DNA of 32,000 bases from Deinococcus radiodurans R1 = ATCC 13939 = DSM 20539 (GCF_000008565.1 NC_001263.1:2003533-2035532); one strand, 5' to 3'; shown: positions 14,915-25,288, numbered from the stretch's first letter. Made by a program: numbers and translations. Notes: generated by a model not told the origin, from the sequence alone.

Positions 14915-15968
14915 TCAGCCCTGCGGCCCCGCGAACGCCGCTTCCAGGCGCTCGACCAGCCGCGCTTCGTGGGCGCGGGCGGCACGCAGCACGGCGTTTT
15001 TGACGGCGCGGGCGTCGGCGCTGCCGTGGCCGATAAAGGCCAGCCCCCGCACCCCGATCAAGATGCTCGCGCCGTAAGGTGCTGGGGTCCATCCGCTCGG
15101 CCAGCCCGCGCAGCGAGTCGCGCACCAGCAGGCCGCCGAGTTTGCTCTTGACGTTGGAATTGAGCGCTTCCTTGACCCAGCCGAGCAGCACCCGCGCCTC
15201 GCCCTCGGCGAGCTTGAGGACCACGTTGCCGGTAAAGCCGTCGGTCACCACGATGTCGGTGGTGGATCTGAAGATGTCGCGCCCCTCCACGTTCCCGTAG
15301 AAGGTGATGCCCTGGCCGTCGAGCGCCCGCAGGAGGGTGTGCGCCTCGACCACCTGCTGGCTGCCCTTGTGGTCCTCTTCGCCGATGGAGAGCAGGCCCA
15401 CGGTGGGGTTGTCGCGGTCTTCGAGGACTTTGAGGTACACCGTCGCCAGCCGCGCCCACTGCGCGAGGTAGGCGGGTTTGACGTCGGCGTTGGCCCCAGC
15501 GTCGAGCAGCGTGGTAAAGCCGCCCTGCGCGGGCAGGTGCGCCAGAATGGCGGGGCGGTCCACACCCTTGATGCGCCCGAGCGTGAGCAGCGCCGAGGCC
15601 ATCGTCGCGCCCGAATGCCCCATGCTGACGGCGGCGGCGGCGCGGCCTTCCTTGACCAGCCGGGTGCAGACGTTGATGCTCGCGCCGGTGCGGCTGCGCA
15701 CGTCGCTGGCGTGCTCTTCCATCCCGATCACGTCGGGGGCGTCCACCACCTCGATGGGCAGGCGGCTGCTTCCCTCGTGTTTGCCGAGTTCGGCGTGCAG
15801 CTTGACCCGGTCGCCCACGAGCAGCACCGACACCCCGCTGCGGGCGGCCTGCACCGCGCCGTCCACGTTGGGCGTCAGGCCGTGGTCGCCGCCCATCGCG
15901 TCGAGCGCCACCGGCAGGCGCCCCGCCGCTTTGGCGCTCAGATTCGCCGGGCTCGCCTCAGCGCTCAT
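14915..15968 (-). pseudogene. plsX: Phosphate acyltransferase PlsX, reading frame broken by an apparent 1-nt insertion near 15076-15077
   Basis: The N-terminal 297 codons are canonical PlsX (ALDAMGGDHG, GHSGATMA, TDGFTGNV). After MDPST the annotated frame becomes Arg/Pro-rich. The adjacent frame reads YGASILIGVRGLAFIGHGSADARAVKNAVLRAARAHEARLVERLEAAFAGPQG*, the canonical C-terminus, with its stop at 14915-14917. Confidence 0.85.
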
Positions 15969-16560
15969 CGCCTGCTCCAGCTCCGTAGAACGACGCACGC
16001 AGGTCGCGGTCCTGGGTGCGGCTCGCCCCGTCACGCCCGCTGCCTTCGCTCGGCAGGCGGTAGCCGGGGCGCTCGACCTGCTCACGGATGCTGGCGAGGT
16101 CCACGTACTCGTCGGCGGCGTTGCGCAGTTCGGCGCTCGTCATCTCGGGAATGCTCGCCACGATGACTTTCTTGCCCCGGGCGCGCAGCACCTCCACCGG
16201 GCGCTCGAAGTCGCCGTCGCCGGAGAGCAGCACCGCCACGTCGTAGCGGCTCTCGGTGGTGAGCAGGTCGGTCACCAGTTCGATGTCGAGGCTGGCGCGG
16301 CGCGAGGTGTCGCCGTTCTCGTCGGTGTTCTCGCGCAGCGGGCGGGTGCGGACCGTGTAGCCCATGTAGGTCAGGGCGTCCACGAAGCGCTTTTGTTTGT
16401 CGTCCACCGGCCAGGGCACGGCGGTGTAGTAAAAGGCGTTATACAGAGCGCCGAGCCCCGCAAAATGTTCGAGAATCTTGCGGTGGTCGAAGTTCCAGCC
16501 GAGCCGTTTGGCCGCGGCATAGACATTCGCGCCGTCAATAAAGAGTGCAATACGTTCCAT
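15958..16560 (-). CDS. NYN-domain (LabA/DUF88-like) protein, putative RNA-binding or ribonuclease
   Basis: MERIALFIDGANVYAAAKRLGW...VLLSGDGDF matches the NYN/LabA pattern. AGGAG lies 4 nt upstream of ATG 16560. The stop overlaps the plsX start by 11 nt. This is only the C-terminal 200 codons of the 720-aa ORF in the track. Confidence 0.85.
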   Translation of the reverse strand: MERIALFIDGANVYAAAKRLGWNFDHRKILEHFAGLGALYNAFYYTAVPWPVDDKQKRFVDALTYMGYTVRTRPLRENTDENGDTSRRASLDIELVTDLLTTESRYDVAVLLSGDGDFERPVEVLRARGKKVIVASIPEMTSAELRNAADEYVDLASIREQVERPGYRLPSEGSGRDGASRTQDRDLRASFYGAGAGDER

Positions 16561-16644
16561 GAGTCTCCTGTCCCGCGCAGGATAGCGGATGCCCCGGCGC
16601 AGCGCGGTGTCCTGCTGCTCTGCCCCCCCCTGCGCCTTCTTCTT

Positions 16645-16686
16645 GAACCCACTGCACAGAACCCACTGGACAGAACCCACTGCACA
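16645..16686. repeat. Three tandem 14-bp direct repeats (gaacccactgcaca / gaacccactggaca / gaacccactgcaca)
   Basis: Read directly from the sequence. Lies in the divergent intergenic region between the NYN gene and the catalase gene. Confidence 0.95.
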
Positions 16687-16704
16687 GCCGCCGCGAGGGC
16701 CTGA

Positions 16705-18423
<1,719 letters not shown>

Positions 18424-18449
18424 GACAAGCTGAGCACGGAAACTGAAAG

Positions 18450-18477
18450 AGTCGCCCCGGTGTGGGCGGCTTTTTTT
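18450..18477 (+). terminator. Intrinsic terminator after the catalase gene
   Basis: gtcgcccc / gggcggc imperfect stem followed by ttttttt (18471-18477). Confidence 0.6.
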
Positions 18478-18548
18478 ATGGTCCTCTGAAGCTGTTTTTC
18501 ATTTCCCAGCAAACAGCCCAAAGCCCCCGAATCCCGCTACAATCAACC

Positions 18549-19187
18549 ATGATCGACCCCCACCAGTACGGTGCTTTTCTGGTCGCTGCCGTGGTGCTGG
18601 CCCTGCTCCCCGGCCCCGGACTGATGTACATTCTCGCCCGCAGTCTGGGGGGTGGGCGTTGGGCCGGGATTCAGAGCGCCCTCGGCACCGGAGCCGGCGG
18701 CATGGTGCATGTGCTGGCCTCGGCGGTGGGGCTCTCGGCGCTCATCATGGCGTCGTCGCTCGCTTTCAGCGTCGTGAAGTACGCGGGGGCGGCGTACCTG
18801 ATTTATCTGGGCCTGCGCGTGCTGCTGTCCAAAGAGGCCCTGTCGTCCAAAGAGGAAGCCAGCCTCGCTGCCGCCGCGCCCGAGCGTCAGAGCCGCCTGT
18901 TCACGCAGGGCGCCATGACCGAACTGCTCAATCCCAAAACGGCCCTGTTTTTCCTGGCGGTGATTCCCCAGTTCGTGAAGCCTGCAACGGGGCACGTCTT
19001 CGGACAATTTCTGCTGCTGGGCACGACTTCGGTGGTGGTCAACACGCTCAATGCCATGCTCGTCGCCACGCTGGCCGGGTTTCTGGGCGCGCGACTGCAA
19101 GGCAACCCCCGCTTTCAACGCGGGCAAAAGGTGGCGAGCGGCGGGGCGATGATCGCCCTGGGCACTTACGTCGCGGTTGAAAGGTAA
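18549..19187 (+). CDS. LysE/RhtB family amino-acid exporter
   Basis: N-terminus MIDPHQYGAFLVAAVVLALLPGPGLMYIL (PGPG motif) and 6 TM helices. TACAAT box 5 nt upstream of ATG 18549. The ORF-maximal start at 18462 overlaps the terminator. Confidence 0.85.
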   Translation: MIDPHQYGAFLVAAVVLALLPGPGLMYILARSLGGGRWAGIQSALGTGAGGMVHVLASAVGLSALIMASSLAFSVVKYAGAAYLIYLGLRVLLSKEALSSKEEASLAAAAPERQSRLFTQGAMTELLNPKTALFFLAVIPQFVKPATGHVFGQFLLLGTTSVVVNTLNAMLVATLAGFLGARLQGNPRFQRGQKVASGGAMIALGTYVAVER

Positions 19188-19197
19188 AACGGTGGAC

Positions 19198-20243
19198 ATG
19201 TCCCCTTCCGCTCAGTCCATCAGGCTCCCATTCGTCAGGCCCCAGCCCCTCGGCCCCGGCGCCCGCGTGGCGGCGCTCAGCCTCAGTGGGGGCTTCGTGA
19301 CCGAGGTGCCGCACCGGTACGCGACCGGGGTGCGGCAGGCCGCCGAGTCTCTCGGCTGGGAGATCGTCGCTGCGCCGAACGCCTTTCGTGGCCCCGATTA
19401 CCTCTATGAAAATCCGCAGCCCGCGCCGACGACCTGCACTGGGCGCTGCAAAATCCCGAGATTGACGGGATGGTCAGTGTCATCGGCGGGGACGATTCGA
19501 TTCGGCTGCTGCCCCTGCTGGACGCTGACCTTATTCGGGCGCATCCGAAAGCCTTTGTGGGTTACTCCGACAGCACCGTCACGCTGATGCAATTCCTGAA
19601 AGCGGGCGTGATGGCCTACCACGGCCCCGCCGTGCTGACTGATCTGGCGGAGAACGGCGGCATTCATCCCTTCACCCGGCGCGGGCTGGAACAGGCGTTC
19701 GGCACCGAGCCTTACGACCTCTCCCCCGCCCCCGAGTGGACCGAGGCGGGGCAGGACTGGGAGGACGTGGCGGCGCAGGAGATTCGCCGCGAATTTCAGC
19801 CCGGCGACGGCTGGACGTGGCTCCAGGGCGACGCCCCCGGCGAAGGGCACCTGCTCGGCGGCTGCGTGGAGATTCTGGACATGCTCAGCGGCACGCCCGG
19901 CGAACTGCCGCCCGAGCTGTGGCACGGCGCGGTGATGGCGCTGGAAACAAGCGAAGACGTGCCCAGCCCCGCGCAGGTGGGCTACTGGCTCCGCAACTGG
20001 GCGGCCAAGGGCGTCTTGCAGCGCCTCAGTGGGCTGCTGCTCGCCCGGCCCCGTGACTACACGCCGGAGATGACCGCGCAGCTTTATGTCTGGGTGCGCC
20101 GGGTGCTGAAGGAAGCGGGGCGCGAAGACCTGCCCGTCGTCGCCAATGTGGATTTCGGTCACACCTCGCCCCAGCTCACGCTGCCGCTGGGCGCACAGGT
20201 GCGACTGGACCCGGTGGCAGGGCGGGTCACAGTTTGGCCCTAA
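19198..20243 (+). pseudogene. S66 peptidase (LD-carboxypeptidase / MccF-like), frame broken by an apparent 1-nt deletion near 19420
   Basis: The N-terminal part (frame of 19198) reads ...GARVAALSLSGG...YLYENPQ. The downstream part (frame of 19470) reads ARADDLHWALQNPEIDGMVSVIGGDDS..FVGYSDSTV (nucleophile Ser)..DFGHTSPQ (His). TGA at 19407-19409 in the second frame confines the shift to 19410-19424. Confidence 0.8.
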
Positions 20244-20252
20244 CCCCCAGAA

Positions 20253-20564
20253 TCAGGGAAACGCGGGTTTCCCCGGCTGCCAGCCGCCCTCCGGCCCCCC
20301 GGCCCAGTGCCACTGCCCGCCAGCAGGTCTGAGGTCCAGCGCCGCGCGAATGTCGGCCAGCGGCACCCGGCGGGCGAAGCGGGTGCGGGCGTGCCACGCG
20401 GCGAGCGCGTCGGCCCCCGCCTGTGAGGACAGACCCACTCCACGCACGGCAGCGGTAGCCCGGTTCACCGCGAGGTCAAACAGCGTGTCCGGCACCGCCC
20501 CCGCCGCGTCTTCCCCCGCCGGATTCGGCTCGGAGAGGGCGAGAAAGGGACGCTCCTCGGGCAC
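20253..20564 (-). CDS. Hypothetical protein (103 aa)
   Basis: GTG start immediately follows the DinB-like gene stop. Strongly G/C-biased third codon positions. No recognisable domain. Confidence 0.4.
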   Translation of the reverse strand: MPEERPFLALSEPNPAGEDAAGAVPDTLFDLAVNRATAAVRGVGLSSQAGADALAAWHARTRFARRVPLADIRAALDLRPAGGQWHWAGGPEGGWQPGKPAFP

Positions 20565-20954
20565 CTAAGCGCTCCGCACCCGGCCCGCGAGCGCGGCGAG
20601 TTGCCCGGCGTGCCACACGCTGTGGCGGGCATTCAGACGCAGAAGTTCGGCCACTGTCATGGTCTGCTCGCTGTAGGTGAGTTCGGTGGACAACTGCTCG
20701 GGCGAGAGCTGCCGCGTTTGCTCCACTTCCCAGCCCATCAGGCGGCGCAATCCGGCGTCGTCGGGGGGTGGGAGGTCGCCCGTCGCCCCAGCAATGGCGG
20801 CCCAGTACCCCCGCTTGGTCTGTGTCAGGTGGGTGGTCAGCCAGCCGATACGCGGGTGAGTTGCCCCGTCCACCATGTCCAACGCACTCTGCACACTTTC
20901 CCAGGGGGCACTGTTGGCCTCCTGAAGCAGCAACGCGAGGTCGGCGGCATTCAT
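20565..20954 (-). CDS. DinB/YfiT-like (DinB_2) four-helix-bundle protein
   Basis: 129 aa with a conserved His pattern (...THLTQTKRGYW..., ...NARHSVWHAGQL). This family is expanded in Deinococcus. Confidence 0.75.
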   Translation of the reverse strand: MNAADLALLLQEANSAPWESVQSALDMVDGATHPRIGWLTTHLTQTKRGYWAAIAGATGDLPPPDDAGLRRLMGWEVEQTRQLSPEQLSTELTYSEQTMTVAELLRLNARHSVWHAGQLAALAGRVRSA

Positions 20955-20961
20955 GCCTGCC

Positions 20962-21474
20962 TCAACGCAGCAGACGGTAGCCGTCGCCGTCGCGCTGAAG
21001 TTGCCCGCGTTCGAGCATCCGGCCCGTCACCTCGCGGGCCTGCTCGAAGCTCAGTGGGCTTTTTTCTTCCAGGTCACGCAGGGTGAAGTGCCCGCCGCTG
21101 CGGTAGGCGTATTTCAGGACCATGCGCTCCTGCACGTCGGCCCGCTCGCCGCCCTGCTCGACCCGCTCCAGCCGGCGCCCGAACAGCGTCCAGACGAGCG
21201 CTGCCACCCCTATGCCAATCAGCAGAGCCACCGGCAGCATCTGGGTGGCGAAGGCCGGGTCCGCGACGCTCTGGGCGATTTCCAGCGCCCGCGCTTTGGC
21301 CGCCGCGATCTGCTCGGCGCCCGCGCCCGCTGCTTCGAGTCGCCGCACATCGCCGCGCGCGTGCAGAAAGCGGAACACGCCGCCGGTGTCGCCCCGCGTG
21401 TAGAACGCGGAAAAGGCGATCAGGGCGGCGGACGCCCCAGCAATCAGCGAGAGAAGGAAGCGGGCAAGACTCAT
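20962..21474 (-). CDS. Hypothetical membrane protein with two TM helices and a C-terminal winged-helix-like domain
   Basis: ATG 21474 (MSLARFLLSLIAGASAALIAF) with a TATTCT box 7 nt upstream. C-terminus FTLRDLEEKSPLSFEQAREVTGRMLERGQLQRDGDGYRLL. Confidence 0.6.
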   Translation of the reverse strand: MSLARFLLSLIAGASAALIAFSAFYTRGDTGGVFRFLHARGDVRRLEAAGAGAEQIAAAKARALEIAQSVADPAFATQMLPVALLIGIGVAALVWTLFGRRLERVEQGGERADVQERMVLKYAYRSGGHFTLRDLEEKSPLSFEQAREVTGRMLERGQLQRDGDGYRLLR

Positions 21475-21523
21475 GGCAAGGAGAATAGTCCAGAGGCGGG
21501 TGCCGGAGACGGACCGGAAGCAC

Positions 21524-21553
21524 AAAAAAACTGCCCCCACTTGGGAGGCAGTT
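21524..21553 (-). terminator. Intrinsic terminator of the rpmI-rplT transcript
   Basis: Minus strand: AACTGCCtCCCaagtGGGGGCAGTT followed by TTTTTTT. Confidence 0.75.
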
Positions 21554-21655
21554 CCTGGCCAGCTTTTACGGGTTCCGTCTGCTCCGTTGACCAACTGGAA
21601 CAGCGCCAGTTGACCAACTCCACGTCCGGAACCCGCTTGGCTCCTACTCGCTTCG

Positions 21656-21689
21656 CTCGGATTGAATCACCTTGGCGATTCAATCCGAG
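21656..21689 (-). other. Perfect 13-bp stem / 8-nt loop hairpin starting 6 nt after the rplT stop codon (no U-tract)
   Basis: ctcggattgaatc (21656-21668) pairs with gattcaatccgag (21677-21689). It is relatively AT-rich for this genome. Confidence 0.85.
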
Positions 21690-21695
21690 GAGGTC

Positions 21696-22052
<357 letters not shown>

Positions 22053-22055
22053 GGT

Positions 22056-22256
<201 letters not shown>

Positions 22257-22345
22257 GGAGAGCCCTCCTTCGTAGTCCAGTCGCGCTCCCTGGGGAGGCT
22301 TCTGTCTGGGGTTCGGGCCGCTCTCTTGTTGAGAAAGTTCTCAAA

Positions 22346-22380
<35 letters not shown>

Positions 22381-22383
22381 AAG

Positions 22384-22413
22384 ATTTTACACGATGAAGC
22401 CCTGGCAGAACAA
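22384..22413 (-). promoter_or_regulatory. Candidate rpmI-rplT promoter (-35 TTGTTC, 18-nt spacer, -10 TAAAAT)
   Basis: Minus strand reads TTGTTCTGCCAGGGCTTCATCGTGTAAAAT. It predicts a leader of about 120 nt. Confidence 0.55.
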
Positions 22414-22434
22414 GGGCCGCGGGGTCAGCCGCCG

Positions 22435-22908
22435 TCAGGCCGGGGGCAGTCCCGCTGCCAGCCCCTCCGGCAGCGCCTTCGCCACGCGCTCCAGCGTCCG
22501 GCCCGCCGCCGCCTGCACCATCTTTTCAAAGGCCGCGCCGCCCCAGCCCTCGGCCTCGGGCGTAGCGAGGTGGGCCTGAAACTGAAAGGCGAAGGCCATC
22601 TCGCCGCCCTCAGCCGCCGTCGCCTGCCCCGACACCGCGACCCAGGCGCGTTCGCCGGTCAGCGTGAGCGGACGCAACTCGGCGCCCTGCGGCGTGCGGA
22701 CAATTTCGCTGCGAAAGGGCAGGTCCACCTCGCCCAGCAGCGGCACCGTGACCAGCAGTTCGCCCCAGACCTGCTCGCCGTCCGAGTCCAGCCCGCGCAA
22801 AAAGCGCACCCCGGCGAGCGCGGCAGCGGGTTCACGTACGAAGGCGAGCGCCGCCGCCTGCCCGTGGGGGTGGCGCAAGGTAAACGACTGCTCGGCACTC
22901 AGAATCAC
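22435..22908 (-). CDS. Conserved hypothetical protein (157 aa)
   Basis: GTG 22908 with AGGTG 5 nt upstream. Follows the 79-aa gene after a 10-nt gap. The upstream part of the 314-aa ORF in the track is rejected. Confidence 0.6.
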   Translation of the reverse strand: MILSAEQSFTLRHPHGQAAALAFVREPAAALAGVRFLRGLDSDGEQVWGELLVTVPLLGEVDLPFRSEIVRTPQGAELRPLTLTGERAWVAVSGQATAAEGGEMAFAFQFQAHLATPEAEGWGGAAFEKMVQAAAGRTLERVAKALPEGLAAGLPPA

Positions 22909-22918
22909 GCCCGCACCT

Positions 22919-23158
22919 TCAGTCCACCCACTCGATGACGAGCCGCCCGGTTTGTGCCGCTTCCTGCACCTCGGCGTCACCCGCGCTCCGGAGCCGGGGC
23001 AGGTGGGCAAAGCGTGGCGTGGCCGAGGCGTAGCCCAGGCGAACCACCACGTTGTCGCTGAGTTCGTCCTTGCCGATGCGCCACACCAGTTGCCCGCCGA
23101 GCGCTTCCAGTTGCCGCGAGAGTTCGGGGGGCAGCTCTGCAAAAGCCATGAGCGCCAT
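22919..23158 (-). CDS. Small conserved hypothetical protein (76-79 aa)
   Basis: ORF MALMAFAELPPELSRQLEALGGQLVWRIGKDE..., with start at ATG 23158 or 23149. Appears co-transcribed with the 157-aa gene. Confidence 0.55.
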   Translation of the reverse strand: MALMAFAELPPELSRQLEALGGQLVWRIGKDELSDNVVVRLGYASATPRFAHLPRLRSAGDAEVQEAAQTGRLVIEWVD

Positions 23159-23215
23159 TGTACGCCCCGCGCCTTCGCTGCCTGCTCTGCTTCTCTTCTG
23201 ATGCCCGGTGTCCCC

Positions 23216-23244
23216 TTGACCCCCCGCAGCTCACCCTCTACCCT
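23216..23244 (+). promoter_or_regulatory. Candidate promoter of the asd leader (-35 TTGACC, 17-nt spacer, -10 TACCCT)
   Basis: TTGACC at 23216-23221 and TACCCT at 23239-23244. The predicted TSS coincides with the ATG at 23251. Confidence 0.55.
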
Positions 23245-23250
23245 GACCGC

Positions 23251-23283
23251 ATGAGTGCCTTGATTGCCACCACGACCCCTTGA
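23251..23283 (+). CDS. Candidate leader peptide MSALIATTTP (three consecutive Thr codons ACC ACG ACC)
   Basis: ATG lies 6 nt after the -10 box (leaderless). The stop TGA abuts the first GGGCGG segment of the attenuator. Confidence 0.45.
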   Translation: MSALIATTTP

Positions 23284-23300
23284 GGGCGGTGCGTCAGGCA

Positions 23301-23334
23301 GCCGCCCCGTAGGACATACGCGGGCGGTTTTTTT
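23301..23334 (+). terminator. Intrinsic terminator (attenuator) 20 nt upstream of the asd start
   Basis: CCGCCCcg (23302-23309) pairs with cgcGGGCGG (23319-23327), followed by T7 (23328-23334). The alternative pairing is GGGCGG 23284-23289 with CCGCCC 23302-23307. Confidence 0.7.
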
Positions 23335-23353
23335 GTCGTAAGGAGGAGCAAAG

Positions 23354-24370
<1,017 letters not shown>

Positions 24371-24481
24371 CGCTTACAACATGGGGCCGGGCCGCAGCGT
24401 AGGTTGCCGCCTGGCCTCTGGTTGTGGTGGGTCCGCTGACCTTCCGGGCCGCCGGGGGCCGGCTGCTCTACAATGCCCGCC

Positions 24482-24721
24482 ATGAAAACTGACCCCGCAG
24501 ACCTCACCCTTTTTCTGGCGCAGAGCGTGGTGGATCAGCCCGCGCTGGTGCGCGTGAGTCGGCGTGGCCCGACCGTGCTCGTGCGGGTGGCCCCCGGCGA
24601 GGAAGGCCGCTTTATTGGCAGACAGGGCCGGGTGATTCAGGCGATTCGCACCCTGGTTCGGGCCGCCGGCGACCCCCGCGAGCGCGTGAACGTGGACCTC
24701 GACGCGCCGCGCAAGGCATGA
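24482..24721 (+). CDS. KH-domain RNA-binding protein (UPF0109/YlqC-like)
   Basis: GRFIGRQGRVIQAIRTLV (GXXG loop). TACAAT box 7 nt upstream of ATG 24482. The ORF-maximal ATG 24473 lies inside that -10 box. Confidence 0.85.
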   Translation: MKTDPADLTLFLAQSVVDQPALVRVSRRGPTVLVRVAPGEEGRFIGRQGRVIQAIRTLVRAAGDPRERVNVDLDAPRKA

Positions 24722-25284
24722 CGCGCCCCGAAGCGAGCGGCCCGCCCGACGCCACGAGACTGGGGCACCTGCTGGGGCCGCACGGCGTGCAGGGCGGCAT
24801 CAAGCTCTACGTGCTGGGCGACCCGGCGCAGGTGCTGGCGCTGAAACGAGTTTATGTGGAGTCGCGCGGCTGGCTGAGTCTTCGCCGCGCCGAGGGGATG
24901 CCCCCGAACCTCGTGTTGTACCTCGCGGGCGTGTCCTCACGCGAGGGAGCCGAAGAATTGCGCGGCCTTCAGGTCTACGCTACCGACGCCGAGCTGCCCG
25001 ACCTGGAAGAAGGCACGTTCTACTACCACGACCTGCGCGGCCTGGAAGTGTACGGCGCGGGCGGCGAACGCCTCGGCACTGTCAGCGACGTGATGGACGC
25101 CGGGCACCAGGACCTGCTGGTGGTGGACTACGGCGGGGGCACGTCGTTCGTGCCGCTGCAAGCGCCTTACGTGGAGGTGCCGCTGGCTGGCGGCAAACCG
25201 GGCGCGGTTCACCTGACCGCCGACGCTCCCGCCGGGCTGATCGGGCCGGAGCCCGGCGAAGAAGACGGCGCGGCGGAGTCCTGA
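24718..25284 (+). CDS. rimM: Ribosome maturation factor RimM
   Basis: [17 protein letters not shown]-terminal barrel and a PRC-barrel C-terminus. The ATG overlaps the KH gene stop (ATGA). Confidence 0.9.
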   Translation: MTRPEASGPPDATRLGHLLGPHGVQGGIKLYVLGDPAQVLALKRVYVESRGWLSLRRAEGMPPNLVLYLAGVSSREGAEELRGLQVYATDAELPDLEEGTFYYHDLRGLEVYGAGGERLGTVSDVMDAGHQDLLVVDYGGGTSFVPLQAPYVEVPLAGGKPGAVHLTADAPAGLIGPEPGEEDGAAES

Positions 25285-25288
25285 GCGA

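Noticed and set aside
16645-16686. Tandem 14-bp repeats considered as a CRISPR array.
   Set aside because: The units are directly adjacent with no spacers, the unit length is far below CRISPR repeat size, and there are no cas genes.
22329-22344. TTGAGAA-ag-TTCTCAA in the rpmI leader as a second copy of the catalase operator (TTGAGAA-tga-TTCTCAA).
   Set aside because: The half-sites are identical, but the spacing differs by 1 nt, which breaks the 7-1-7 geometry. The site also lies inside a transcribed leader flanked by further complementary bases, so an RNA hairpin is the simpler explanation. The similarity is worth remembering if a regulon search is run.
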